DNA of 63,507 nucleotides, the filler included, from Candidatus Woesearchaeota archaeon (GTDB lineage Archaea > Nanobdellota > Nanobdellia > Woesearchaeales > WJIZ01): the NCBI GenBank assembly GCA_018221205.1. It is 7 parts of 7 records of this genome, joined end to end, with 100 filler letters (N's around TTAATTAATTAA, not from the genome) between each part and the next. Parts side by side here need not be neighbours in the genome. Positions count along the whole stretch, not along the records: positions 17,814 to 30,780 come from JAAOYF010000035.1; 6 more parts are not named here. One strand, given 5' to 3'. How positions within the stretch are numbered: position 1 is the stretch's first letter; every line of letters begins with the position of its first letter. A program made the position numbers and the translations under genes. The notes beneath the pieces were generated by a model. The model was not told the DNA's origin, ran no database searches, and saw only the letters and a program-made list of their open reading frames with translations. This document shows positions 18,894 to 29,345 of this stretch, piece after piece.

Positions 18894-21626
18894 ATGGATC
18901 TACAGGTTGTAAAAAGAAGCGGTGATGTAGTGCCGTTTGATGATGAGAGAATCAGGAATGCCATAGTGAAAGCAATCAGGGCAGTGAATGAGCCTGTAGC
19001 TGAGCAGAGAGTTGAGAAGATAGTCGAAGGTGTTGTTGATGAGATCAGAGAAAGATTTGTCGATCTGTATCCCAATGTCGAGAATGTCCAGGATATTGTC
19101 GAGAAGCACCTCGTGAAAGGCGGCTTGTATGAGATCGCCAAAGCCTATATCCTCTACCGGTCACAGAGGCAAAACAGACGGGAAGAAGAGAAGAAGAAAA
19201 CTATCGAGAAAGCGAAATTAGGGAAACTTACTGTCAAGAAACGGGACGGCAGGACTGTCTTGTTCAATCTCACGAAAATCAAGGAGACCATCAAAAGAGT
19301 GAGCAATGGGTATGAGAAATTCATCGATCCTGAGCTCATCTCCAAGGAGCTCACTAAAAATATCTATGACGGCATCACAGCTGAAGATCTGGAGAAAGCA
19401 CTGGTATTATCGACTGCTCCTTTTATCGAGAGGGATCCTGCATATAATCATGTCGCTGCACGGCTTTTTTTGCAAAGATTATGCAAGGAAGTCATGGGAA
19501 GGAGCATCAAAGATGATATCATCGACATCGCCTATAAGGATGCTTTCATCTCAGGCATCAAGAAAGGAGTCCGAAGCGGGATCCTAGATAAGAATATGCT
19601 TGATTACAATCTGCCAAAACTTGCTGATGCGTTGAGATTAGAGAGAGACGAATTATTCAGTTTTTTAGGTGTGCAGACACTCTATGAGCGGTATTTTGTT
19701 CAGGTCGAGGGCAAGAGGATCGAGCTTCCTCAGTCGTTCTGGATGAGGGTCGCCATGGGATTGGCCTTGCAGGAGAAAGACAAGGATAAGAAAGCCATGG
19801 AGTTCTATAGTGTCTTGAGCAGCCTTCGGTTCGTAAGCTCTACCCCTACATTATTCCACGCTGGATTGGCCCACCCTCAATTGAGCAGCTGCTATCTGAC
19901 CACTGTAGGAGACAATCTGAAGCACATCTTCAAAAGTTTAGGCGATCATGCTCAGCTGTCTAAATGGTCTGGCGGCCTGGGAAATGACTGGAGCAGCATA
20001 CGAGCTACAGGGTCATTGATCAAAAGCACGAATGTCGAAAGCCAAGGAGTCATCCCTTTCTTGAAGATAGCGAATGATGTCACTGTCGCCATCAATCGTT
20101 CGGGTAAACGAAGAGGAGCGACCTGCGCCTATCTCGAGACCTGGCACCTTGATATCGAGGATTTCCTTAATCTTCGCAAGAATACGGGTGATGAACGAAG
20201 AAGGACACACGACATGAATACTGCTAACTGGATCCCGGATCTCTTCATGAAGCGGGTGATGGAAGACAAGGACTGGACACTATTCAGCCCTGAAGAAGTG
20301 CCGGAACTGCATGAGACCTTCGGCAAGAAATTTGAGGATTATTACATCAAATATGAAGAACGTGCAAAGAAAGGTATGATCAACAAGCATAAAGTTGTCT
20401 CGGCAAAGAAATTGTGGAAGAAGATGCTGACGATGCTTTTTGAGACCGGACATCCGTGGATAACGTTCAAAGATGCCTGCAATGTACGGAGCCCGCAGGA
20501 TCATATGGGTGTGGTGCATAGTTCTAACCTGTGCACTGAAATCACCTTAAACACGTCTGAAGAAGAGACTGCTGTATGCAATCTAGGCAGCGTCAACTTA
20601 GAGAAGCATGTGTATGAGGGCAAGGTAGATGGGGATCTTCTCGCAGACACCATCCGCACAGCGATGAGGATGCTTGATAACGTCGTTGATCTTAATTTCT
20701 ATCCTACTCCAGAAGCCAAGAATTCCAATATGAAGCATAGGCCTGTTGGCCTTGGCTTGATGGGATTCCAGGATGCATTGTACAAACTGAACATAAACTT
20801 CGACTCCAAGAAAGCACTGAAGTTCGCAGATAGCGTGATGGAGCTCATCGCTTATCACGCTATCCTTGCGTCTTCAACCCTCGCGAAGGAAAGGGGGATG
20901 TATGAGAGCTATAAAGGAAGCAAATGGGACAGGGGCATCTTTCCTGTCGATACTCTTGATCTGCTTGAGAAAGAACGGGGCATTCCTGTCGAGGTGAACA
21001 GGGAGAGCCAGCTGGACTGGACCCCTGTCAGAGAGCATGTCAAGAAGCATGGTATGAGAAACTCGAATACCATGGCTATTGCGCCTACTGCTACGATCGC
21101 CAACATCTCTGGATGTTTCCCCTGCATCGAGCCCATCTACAAGAATATCTATGTGAAAAGCAATATCTCTGGTGAGTTTACGATTGTCAATCAATACTTA
21201 ATCGAAGATTTCAAGAAATTGGACATGTGGAACGATGAGATGCTCGAGCAGCTGAAATATTATGACGGCAACCTGCAGATGATCGCCGGCCTGCCTGATG
21301 AATTGAAAGAGAAATATAAAGAGGCATTTGAGATCGATCCTGAATGGCTTACCCAGATTGCGGCTGCTCGGGCAAAATGGATAGACCAGAGCCAAAGCTA
21401 TAATATCTTCTTAAAGGGAACGTCTGGGAAGAAATTAAGCGAAGTCTACTTCACAGCCTGGAAGCATGGGTTGAAGACAACCTATTATTTAAGAAGCCTT
21501 GCAGCTTCTCAAATCGAAAAGAGCACTTTGGATGCATCGAAATTCGGCTTCACCCAGAAAAGGCAGTATGAACAAGCAAAGCCGACTGTTGTTGTATCTG
21601 AAGCTGTATGTGAGGCATGTGAATAA
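18894..21626 (+). CDS. nrdA: Class I ribonucleotide reductase alpha subunit, two ATP cones
   Basis: QLSSC, SNLCTEI, APTATI, KTTYYLRS, C-terminal CEACE. Confidence 0.96.
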   Translation: MDLQVVKRSGDVVPFDDERIRNAIVKAIRAVNEPVAEQRVEKIVEGVVDEIRERFVDLYPNVENVQDIVEKHLVKGGLYEIAKAYILYRSQRQNRREEEKKKTIEKAKLGKLTVKKRDGRTVLFNLTKIKETIKRVSNGYEKFIDPELISKELTKNIYDGITAEDLEKALVLSTAPFIERDPAYNHVAARLFLQRLCKEVMGRSIKDDIIDIAYKDAFISGIKKGVRSGILDKNMLDYNLPKLADALRLERDELFSFLGVQTLYERYFVQVEGKRIELPQSFWMRVAMGLALQEKDKDKKAMEFYSVLSSLRFVSSTPTLFHAGLAHPQLSSCYLTTVGDNLKHIFKSLGDHAQLSKWSGGLGNDWSSIRATGSLIKSTNVESQGVIPFLKIANDVTVAINRSGKRRGATCAYLETWHLDIEDFLNLRKNTGDERRRTHDMNTANWIPDLFMKRVMEDKDWTLFSPEEVPELHETFGKKFEDYYIKYEERAKKGMINKHKVVSAKKLWKKMLTMLFETGHPWITFKDACNVRSPQDHMGVVHSSNLCTEITLNTSEEETAVCNLGSVNLEKHVYEGKVDGDLLADTIRTAMRMLDNVVDLNFYPTPEAKNSNMKHRPVGLGLMGFQDALYKLNINFDSKKALKFADSVMELIAYHAILASSTLAKERGMYESYKGSKWDRGIFPVDTLDLLEKERGIPVEVNRESQLDWTPVREHVKKHGMRNSNTMAIAPTATIANISGCFPCIEPIYKNIYVKSNISGEFTIVNQYLIEDFKKLDMWNDEMLEQLKYYDGNLQMIAGLPDELKEKYKEAFEIDPEWLTQIAAARAKWIDQSQSYNIFLKGTSGKKLSEVYFTAWKHGLKTTYYLRSLAASQIEKSTLDASKFGFTQKRQYEQAKPTVVVSEAVCEACE

Positions 21627-21629
21627 AAG

Positions 21630-22625
21630 ATGGGCATCATAAACAATCCGAAAACAGATCCGAATAAGATCCTGCCTATGACCTATCTATGGGCCCGTCA
21701 GCATTATAAAGACGGTGTGGCAAACAACTGGGTGCCAGAAGAGATATCCATGCAGAAGGATGTCGAGCAATGGAAAAGCGATAAAGTGCTCTCTGAAAGT
21801 GAGAAGAGACTGATCATCTGGAATCTGGGCTTTTTTTCAACTGCTGAGTCTTTGACTGCCAATAATATTGTTTTAGCTGTCTATTCTCATGTGACGAATC
21901 CAGAATGTCGGCAATATCTTCTTAGGCAGGCATTTGAGGAAGCGATCCATACTGATACGTTCATCTATTGCTGTGATACTTTGGGCTTGGACCCTGATGA
22001 GATCTATACTATGTATACCCGCATCCCTTCTATCAAGAAGAAAGATGATTTTGTCGTTGAGTTGACTAAAACTGTCTTCGATCCGGCATTTGTGACTGAA
22101 GGGACTGAGAATATCAGGAAATTCGTGCATGATCTTGTCGGTTATTATGTCATCATGGAAGGCATCTATTTCTATGCTGGTTTTGCTATGATGTTGGCCC
22201 TTAAAAGACAGAATAAAATGGTCGGTATAGGGGAGCAGTTTGAATTCATCATGAGAGATGAAAGCCTGCATCTTGCTTTTGGCTGCGATCTGATCAATAC
22301 CATCGTGAAAGAGAATCCAGAGGTATGGACTGAGGCGTTCAAGAAAGAGATTATTGAACTGATCATGAAGTCTGTTGAGCTGGAGAAGGATTATGCTCGG
22401 GATGCCTGCCCTGAAGGGTTGTTGGGCATCAACTCAGAGCAGTTCTGCGATTATGTTGAATATATCACCGATAGAAGACTAGAGAGGATAGGATTGCCGA
22501 AACAATTCGGCACTGAGAATCCTTTTCCTTGGATGAGCCAGAGCACCGACCTTACTAAAGAGAAGAATTTCTTTGAGACTCGCGTGACCGAGTATCAGCA
22601 AGGCGGTAATCTGGATTGGGATTAA
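21630..22625 (+). CDS. nrdB: Ribonucleotide reductase beta subunit, class Ic-type
   Basis: FFSTAESL, EEAIHTDTF, MEGIYFY, RDESLH, NFFETRVTEY. Confidence 0.95.
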   Translation: MGIINNPKTDPNKILPMTYLWARQHYKDGVANNWVPEEISMQKDVEQWKSDKVLSESEKRLIIWNLGFFSTAESLTANNIVLAVYSHVTNPECRQYLLRQAFEEAIHTDTFIYCCDTLGLDPDEIYTMYTRIPSIKKKDDFVVELTKTVFDPAFVTEGTENIRKFVHDLVGYYVIMEGIYFYAGFAMMLALKRQNKMVGIGEQFEFIMRDESLHLAFGCDLINTIVKENPEVWTEAFKKEIIELIMKSVELEKDYARDACPEGLLGINSEQFCDYVEYITDRRLERIGLPKQFGTENPFPWMSQSTDLTKEKNFFETRVTEYQQGGNLDWD

Positions 22626-22744
22626 CCCAATCCAATACTTTCTTTCAGTAATTCGCATTCAATCTGTTCGAGCTCATTTGACGAGCTACAATCAAATTTC
22701 TCCATATCGACGCACAATTCTCCCAAGCAGATGATCTGTTCCAT
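22622..22744 (-). CDS. Small acidic Cys-containing protein (40 aa)
   Basis: MEQIICLGELCVDMEKFDCSSSNELEQIECELLKESIGLG*; GAGGTGA SD upstream. Confidence 0.45.
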   Translation of the reverse strand: MEQIICLGELCVDMEKFDCSSSNELEQIECELLKESIGLG

Positions 22745-22900
22745 CTCATTCACCTCTATCTCTTTCTTTAGAGAGATGGTATTAAATAGGGTTGTTAGAG
22801 GGTTAAAACTGATGTTGTTGGGTTCAAAAAATGAGGATTTTCTTCTTATGATGCTTATAAATGCTAAACCTTTAAAAAAACAGATTATTTCTTAGGCAGT

Positions 22901-24646
22901 ATGACCAAAAGAATAGCTGTAGTGGACAATGAAAAGCTGCGGGATATGGAGAAGAAGAAGCATATCCAGAGCTTGTGTCCGGTGAACAGGGCTGGCACGG
23001 AATGCATGTATTTCCAGGGCACTGACTTTTTTATAGATGAAGGTACGTGCATCGGCTGCGGAATCTGTGTGAAGCGGGCGCCTAATGCTATCTGGGTGAT
23101 CAATCTTCCTGAAGCACTCGATAAACCTCCTGTGCATCGCTATGGCCAGAACAAATTTGCATTGTATAATCTCCCTATCCCTCTCTTTGGCCGCGTAACA
23201 GGTATTGTCGGCCGGAACGGTATCGGAAAAACCACTGCCCTTAAGATTTTAGCTGGCATGCTGCAGCCCAATTTAGGTAAAGAGGAAGCAAGCTATGATG
23301 ATATGATCTCATTTTTCAAGGGTACAGAAGCACAGAAGTTCTTTGAGCGACTGAAGAACAAGGAGATAACAGTAAGTTACAAGCCGCAGCAAGTCGATTT
23401 GATCCCGAAACAAGCTTCTGGGAGTGTCAAAGAGCTACTTCAGAAGGTCGATGAGCAGGGAAAATTTGATGAGATTGTCAAGGAGCTTGAATTGGAACGT
23501 ATTTTGGATAATGATGTCTCAAAAATCTCTGGTGGGGAGCTGCAGAGAGTTGCGATCGCTGCTACTGTGCTCAAAAAAGCGAATATCTACTTCTTCGACG
23601 AGCCGACAAGCTTTTTAGACATCAAGCAGCGAATAAAAGTGAGCAAGTTCATCAGAAAGCTCGCAGATGATAAGACTGCTGTCATGGTTGTTGAGCACGA
23701 TCTGATCATTCTCGATTATATGACTGATGATGTGCATATCATGTACGGGAAAGAAGGTGTGTATGGCATCTGTTCCGGCATAAAAAGTACGCGCAACGGA
23801 ATCAATGTCTATCTGGCAGGCTATCTAAAGGAAGAGAATATGCGTTTCCGCGATAAGCCGATAAAATTCACTGAACGGGCTGAAGAAAGAAAAGCAACAG
23901 GTGATCTACAAGTAGGCTGGCAAGGCATCACCAAGAAACTTGGGAAATTTGACCTAGAAGCAACTCAGGGAGAGATCCATAAAGATGATGTCATCGGCGT
24001 CTTAGGAGAGAATGGCATCGGAAAGACCAGTTTTGTGAGAATATTAGCTGGAGTGGATAAGTCTGATTCTGGGGAAGTAGATACTCATGTCACGGTCAGC
24101 TACAAGCCTCAGTATCTGGAAAGCGGTTCTGATGAACTTGTCTCTACTCTGCTTTCTGATGCGATTTCAAAATACTCTAATCAGATCATCAAACCTCTGA
24201 ATATTGAACCTCTTTTTGAGAGGAAGATCAATGAGTTAAGCGGTGGGGAGCTGCAAAGAGTTGCGATTGCGCTCTGTCTTTCTAAAGATGCGCAGCTTTA
24301 TGTCATGGATGAGCCCTCTGCCTACTTAGATGTTGAACAACGGCTCACTATCTCCAAAGTCATCAGGGATCTGATGGAAGATAAAGGAGCTTCATCGTTG
24401 GTTGTTGACCATGATCTCATATTCTTAGATAATCTGAGCGAGAAGCTGATGGTGTTTGATGGCGAGCCTGCACTAAGGGGAAAGGCTAAAGGGCCTTTCA
24501 CGATGGAAGAAGGCATGACGATGTTTCTTACAGATCTTGATATCACCTTTAGAAGAGATGAAGAAAGTCTGCGTCCGAGAGTGAATAAAAGCGGCTCTGT
24601 CAAAGACAGAGAACAGAAAGATAAAGGGAAGTATTATTATCGGTAG
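22901..24646 (+). CDS. rli: Ribosome recycling ATPase ABCE1/RLI
   Basis: CIGCGIC, two NBDs with GxNGIGKT and SGGELQR, FRRD hinge. Confidence 0.96.
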   Translation: MTKRIAVVDNEKLRDMEKKKHIQSLCPVNRAGTECMYFQGTDFFIDEGTCIGCGICVKRAPNAIWVINLPEALDKPPVHRYGQNKFALYNLPIPLFGRVTGIVGRNGIGKTTALKILAGMLQPNLGKEEASYDDMISFFKGTEAQKFFERLKNKEITVSYKPQQVDLIPKQASGSVKELLQKVDEQGKFDEIVKELELERILDNDVSKISGGELQRVAIAATVLKKANIYFFDEPTSFLDIKQRIKVSKFIRKLADDKTAVMVVEHDLIILDYMTDDVHIMYGKEGVYGICSGIKSTRNGINVYLAGYLKEENMRFRDKPIKFTERAEERKATGDLQVGWQGITKKLGKFDLEATQGEIHKDDVIGVLGENGIGKTSFVRILAGVDKSDSGEVDTHVTVSYKPQYLESGSDELVSTLLSDAISKYSNQIIKPLNIEPLFERKINELSGGELQRVAIALCLSKDAQLYVMDEPSAYLDVEQRLTISKVIRDLMEDKGASSLVVDHDLIFLDNLSEKLMVFDGEPALRGKAKGPFTMEEGMTMFLTDLDITFRRDEESLRPRVNKSGSVKDREQKDKGKYYYR

Positions 24647-24987
24647 CGGTCAATGTCGTGTTGTCGTGTTAACATTGCGTGGATGCTTTCATAGTCTTCT
24701 GCTGCTCTCGATCCCTCGGGAGTAGATGGATCAAGGAAATGTTCTAGCTCAAGATATCTATTATGGGCTTTGTCCACATCATCTGGCGTAGCGTTTCTGC
24801 CTTTTGTTACAAGATTGAGTGTTAGCGCAAGAACTTCTTCTACTATCTCGAAATGAGATCTTTCATCTCCTGGTGTTCTGGGAAAATCTGCCATCCCACT
24901 TGAGAACCAATTTCGATTTAAAAAGCTATGCTCTGACTTTCTCCTTTCCATAATCCTTAAATAGGCTGTTTTATCCCTTTGCGGCAT
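24637..24987 (-). CDS. Hypothetical protein
   Basis: ORF fills the rli-glmS interval; start uncertain. Confidence 0.45.
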   Translation of the reverse strand: MPQRDKTAYLRIMERRKSEHSFLNRNWFSSGMADFPRTPGDERSHFEIVEEVLALTLNLVTKGRNATPDDVDKAHNRYLELEHFLDPSTPEGSRAAEDYESIHAMLTRQHDIDRYR

Positions 24988-26815
24988 GTGTGGGATAGTA
25001 GGTTATGTGGGTGAGAAAGAAGCAGCACCTCTGCTAGTCGAAGGGCTGAAGAAACTCGAATATCGAGGCTATGATTCTGCTGGCATGGCCACTATCAGCG
25101 AGAAGAAGGTTCTTATCGAAAAAGATGTGGGGAAGATCGAAGAGGTCGATAAGAAAGTCAATTTTAAAAGTATGAAAGGGAAGATTGGCTTGGCGCATTC
25201 ACGCTGGGCCACGCATGGTGATGTTACGAAAGAGAATGCACACCCGCATACCAGCATGAAAGAGGATATCTCTATCGTGCATAACGGCATCATCGAGAAT
25301 TTTGCTGACATCAAGAAGAAAGTAGGGAAAGAGGGCCATACTTTCAGCTCTGATACTGATACAGAAGCCATTGTCCATCTTATTGCAGCCCATCATGAAG
25401 GAAATCTGAAAGAAGCTGTGCTGAAAGCGCTCAATGAATTAGAGGGAGCGTATGCTTTAGGTATCATCTCTTCAAAGGAGCCTCATACGCTTATTGCGGC
25501 TCGCAATGAAAGTCCATTGATCATAGGGGTCGGTGAGGGAGAGAATTTCATCGCTTCAGATGTTCCTGCCATCCTCGAGCACACCAAAAAAATCATCTAT
25601 CTCGATAATGGGGAAATCGGTGTGTTGACTAAGGATAATGTCGATATCTTTGATCTTGAAGGGAATAAAGTCGAGAAAAAGATCCATACGATCGAGTGGA
25701 CCGTAGAGAAAGCAGAGAAAGGTGGTTTTGATCATTTCATGCTGAAAGAGATCTTTGAGCAGCCCAGTGTCATCTCGGAAACAGTCGAAGGGAGAATAAG
25801 CGAGGATAGCATCGACCTTAATGGAAAGACAGGCTTTACGTCTGAAGAGATGAAGAGAATCAAACGAATCATCATCGTTGCGTGCGGCACAAGTTGGCAC
25901 GCTGGATTAGTCGGTGAGTTCATGATCGAGGAATTGGCTAAAATTCCTGTTGAGGTCGAATATGCCTCTGAATTTCGCTATAGGGATCCTATTGTCGAGA
26001 AAGGAACCCTTATCATCGCCATATCACAAAGCGGTGAGACTGCTGATACGTTAGCTGCGATCAGACATGCGAAGAAAAAAGGAGCAAAAATACTCTCTAT
26101 CGTGAATGTCAAGGGAAGCTCTATTGCTCGTGAGTCAGATATTGTCTTGTATACGAAAGCAGGGCCGGAAATCGGTGTTGCTTCAACCAAGGCATTCACG
26201 ACTCAACTGATTATGCTCTATTTAATGACTGTCGAGATCGGTCATGTGCTTGGTCATACCAATGATCAACAGGTCAAGAACAGAATCAGAGACTTGAGAT
26301 TATTACCGTTACAGATCCAGAGCATGCTTGATGAGAGAAAGAATGTACATACACTTGCCAAAAAATTCATTGAGAAAGCACATGCGTTGTACTTAGGAAG
26401 GGGAATCAATTTTCCTATTGCCCTTGAGGGGGCTTTGAAGCTCAAGGAAGTGAGCTATGTGCATGCTGAAGGGTATCCTGCTGCAGAGATGAAGCACGGG
26501 CCTATCGCCCTTATTGACAAGAACATGCCTGTTGTAGTTATAGCCACAAAAGATGACCGTACTTATAAGAAAGTGTTGAGCAATATACAGGAAGTGAAAG
26601 CTCGTGGAGGAATAGTGATTGCTATTGCATCCAAAGGTGACAGGGACATCAAGAAATGTGTCGATTACATCCTGCCTGTGCCGCAAAATTCATATATCCT
26701 TACACCTTTACTGGCTGTTGTGCCTCTGCAATTGTTTGCTTATTATGTCGCTGTATTGCGGAAACATGATCCTGACAAGCCGAAGAATCTGGCTAAAAGT
26801 GTAACAGTAGAATGA
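24986..26815 (+). CDS. glmS: Glutamine-fructose-6-phosphate aminotransferase
   Basis: MCGIVG, EYRGYDSAG, HSRWATHG, SQSGETADT, NLAKSVTVE. Confidence 0.98.
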   Translation: MCGIVGYVGEKEAAPLLVEGLKKLEYRGYDSAGMATISEKKVLIEKDVGKIEEVDKKVNFKSMKGKIGLAHSRWATHGDVTKENAHPHTSMKEDISIVHNGIIENFADIKKKVGKEGHTFSSDTDTEAIVHLIAAHHEGNLKEAVLKALNELEGAYALGIISSKEPHTLIAARNESPLIIGVGEGENFIASDVPAILEHTKKIIYLDNGEIGVLTKDNVDIFDLEGNKVEKKIHTIEWTVEKAEKGGFDHFMLKEIFEQPSVISETVEGRISEDSIDLNGKTGFTSEEMKRIKRIIIVACGTSWHAGLVGEFMIEELAKIPVEVEYASEFRYRDPIVEKGTLIIAISQSGETADTLAAIRHAKKKGAKILSIVNVKGSSIARESDIVLYTKAGPEIGVASTKAFTTQLIMLYLMTVEIGHVLGHTNDQQVKNRIRDLRLLPLQIQSMLDERKNVHTLAKKFIEKAHALYLGRGINFPIALEGALKLKEVSYVHAEGYPAAEMKHGPIALIDKNMPVVVIATKDDRTYKKVLSNIQEVKARGGIVIAIASKGDRDIKKCVDYILPVPQNSYILTPLLAVVPLQLFAYYVAVLRKHDPDKPKNLAKSVTVE

Positions 26816-27279
26816 TACGAAAAGCTACTATCGCGGATAAAGAAGAGATCGCCCTTGTCCTTAAAGAAAGCTATAACATTGATTCTGTTGAAGAAGGAAT
26901 AGGAGTTTTTGAGAATGAACTGAGCAAAGGCTACCATTATATTGTTTCGATTGAGGATGGAAAGATCGCTGGATTAGTTACGTGGTATGTACATGGATTA
27001 GCTAAACATGGTTTATGTGAACTTGATAGGATAGCTGTCTCTCCTGATTTTCAAGGAAAGGGTGTTGCAAAACAGCTTTTTGATGGTTTAGTTGCAGAAG
27101 CGAAGAAATGGTATGAAAGCAAAAAAGGAAAACTGAGAAAATTATATCTTTTAACCCATGATGATAATGAACGTGCGCATGCATTTTATGAGAAGATGGG
27201 CTTTAAGAATGAAACTAGCCTAAAAGATCATTATTACAAGGACAAACCTGAGAAAGTGTATAGTATCTTCTTCAGCTGA
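26812..27279 (+). CDS. GNAT acetyltransferase
   Basis: IAVSPDFQGKGVA, NERAHAFYEKMGF. Confidence 0.9.
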   Translation: MIRKATIADKEEIALVLKESYNIDSVEEGIGVFENELSKGYHYIVSIEDGKIAGLVTWYVHGLAKHGLCELDRIAVSPDFQGKGVAKQLFDGLVAEAKKWYESKKGKLRKLYLLTHDDNERAHAFYEKMGFKNETSLKDHYYKDKPEKVYSIFFS

Positions 27280-27994
27280 TCCTTCTCACAAACGTCAAGA
27301 AACCAGAATGGCCTATCTGCTGGGACTTTGGCCGGACTTTTCTCTCTGAGAACTCCCATTGTCTCTCTAATATCTCTGTTGTCTCTAAATAGATGAATTC
27401 CTTATGGTGGTTGATCTCATTGACAAAATCAGTCACTTGAGGTGTTGTGGGAGAGTAGGAGACTAAAAATCCACCAATCTTAAGCGCTTTTTTCACTGGT
27501 TCGATGGCTGTCCAGGGATCCGGGATATCTAATGTTATGAGGTCAACGTTCTTCTCTGATATCTCTTTCACATCTTTGTTCTTTATCTTGAGGTTCTTTA
27601 TTCCGAGATTCTCGATGTTCTTCTTTACGAGTTCATAGAAATCTTCTCTTATCTCATATGTTGTCACTTCTTTCACGAAGTTTGCAAGCATCAAAGCCAA
27701 AGCGCCAGAGCCCGCTCCTGCGTCGACGACTTTAGATTCTTTGCCTATGCCTGTCTTGACGAGAATTGAGCCGATGTCTTTCATCGGGATTATTTGAGCA
27801 GAACGTCTTATCTTCTGATAGAGATCGATGAACGAAGCATCTAGAATAGCTGCTTCCTTTCCTGTGTTTGAGGTTATGGTCCCTTTTTTCTTCAGGTCAG
27901 CTGCTTTGTAGAAGCCATATTGAGAATGAAAGTCTTTTGTTATGTCCTTGATACTGAATTTCTTTCCTTCTTTTGTATAGAGGACTTTTTTCAT
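27272..27994 (-). CDS. trmI: tRNA m1A57/58 methyltransferase
   Basis: RSAQII, DAGAGSGAL, LDIPDPW, HSGFL. Confidence 0.9.
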   Translation of the reverse strand: MKKVLYTKEGKKFSIKDITKDFHSQYGFYKAADLKKKGTITSNTGKEAAILDASFIDLYQKIRRSAQIIPMKDIGSILVKTGIGKESKVVDAGAGSGALALMLANFVKEVTTYEIREDFYELVKKNIENLGIKNLKIKNKDVKEISEKNVDLITLDIPDPWTAIEPVKKALKIGGFLVSYSPTTPQVTDFVNEINHHKEFIYLETTEILERQWEFSERKVRPKSQQIGHSGFLTFVRRIS

Positions 27995-28034
27995 TGCTCC
28001 AGTGAGTATAGAACGTGTTTTAAATGTTTAGGTT

Positions 28035-29345
28035 TTAAACAAATATCTTTGAGATGCTCTGTAGAATACGGGAGAAAAGAGTATATTGCTCCTCATCAGC
28101 CTCTCCATGATCATGGCTATCATGGTCGTGTGAAAGATCTACTTTTCCATTGTAGACAACAAAATCATACTCTTTCTGCTCAGCCAGCCTGATTGTCTCC
28201 TGACCTGACATCATGGTGTCTTTTGTCAATCCAGAAAATGATTCTGAGCTGCCCATAAGCATCGATATCTGATAGGCTTTATCTCTCTGCCAGTGTGAAT
28301 CGGCTGGGTCTTCATTATCGAGAGGGAAAGCCATCTCATAGATGTATCTTCCATTCTTTTTCTGAGCGGTCTGAAGCAGGTTGTTGCTTGTGTCAGAGAC
28401 AAGCTTCCCATAGCCGTAGCAGCCATGAAGACCTTCTTTTGCGACAAATTCGTCAGAGTTCTTGTCTGATGATAGGTAATAGTCTGAAATGCCCTGTGTG
28501 GTCATGATCTTTACGTCACCAAAATCGCCCATCATGCCGTGGTGTGGAAAATCCTTGAGCATAAGGCCGATCCAGTCAGGAGACTCTGAGCTGACGGCAA
28601 CATAGAGCATGCCACCGACAATCTTTGTATACAGCTTTACTTCTTTTTCTGCAGCGAAGTTATTCACCGGCTTTCCAGGACCTCCACAGCCATAAGAGAT
28701 GATTTCTTCTTCTGTTGTTCCGAAATGGACATTCTTCTGTTTTGCATCATCCCACTCTCCGGAAGAGATCTTTCCATCTACTTTTGGCTTCTTGCCTTCA
28801 GGGATGATAAATTCAGTGTAGAAATAGGTCTGATCGTCGGGCATTATCTTATCCCAGTCAAAATCTCCCTCGGTTCGACCGCTGTAATCAGAAAGCACTC
28901 TTGACGGTCCGCCACCGCAGCCGATATCCAGCAGCTCTCCGGTCAATGCATCCACATGAAGATGGACATGATCGGTGACAAAATTTCCGACGCCGACGTG
29001 ATAGGTCAAAGCGACATCCGGCACATGGGCTTCATACATGTAGACTGGCCTGCCATGTTCCAGGTCAAAGCTTTCGAAAGAGAACTTTTCCCACTCCGGA
29101 TGGTTCTCATCCAGAAAATCCTCAATGATATCATCAGCTACTTCTTTCGAAATCTTTACCATCTCTTTATCGAGAAGGAGATTGCCTTCGTCATCATAAT
29201 ACAGATAGGTGTTATATGTCTCTTTATACTGGGCATCTGAAAATGTGCCTTGAGGGTTGTCAACGAAGAAAGCGTCCCTGCCTCCGCAAGCATATGCTAG
29301 TGGAAAGATAAGGATAATCACCATAAGCAACATCATCAGTTTCAT
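28035..29345 (-). CDS. Secreted protein with CGG motifs and a DOMON/CBM9-like region
   Basis: Signal peptide; ACGGR, GCGGGP, GCGGPG; PKVDGKISSGEW; His-rich tail. Confidence 0.6.
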   Translation of the reverse strand: MKLMMLLMVIILIFPLAYACGGRDAFFVDNPQGTFSDAQYKETYNTYLYYDDEGNLLLDKEMVKISKEVADDIIEDFLDENHPEWEKFSFESFDLEHGRPVYMYEAHVPDVALTYHVGVGNFVTDHVHLHVDALTGELLDIGCGGGPSRVLSDYSGRTEGDFDWDKIMPDDQTYFYTEFIIPEGKKPKVDGKISSGEWDDAKQKNVHFGTTEEEIISYGCGGPGKPVNNFAAEKEVKLYTKIVGGMLYVAVSSESPDWIGLMLKDFPHHGMMGDFGDVKIMTTQGISDYYLSSDKNSDEFVAKEGLHGCYGYGKLVSDTSNNLLQTAQKKNGRYIYEMAFPLDNEDPADSHWQRDKAYQISMLMGSSESFSGLTKDTMMSGQETIRLAEQKEYDFVVYNGKVDLSHDHDSHDHGEADEEQYTLFSRILQSISKIFV

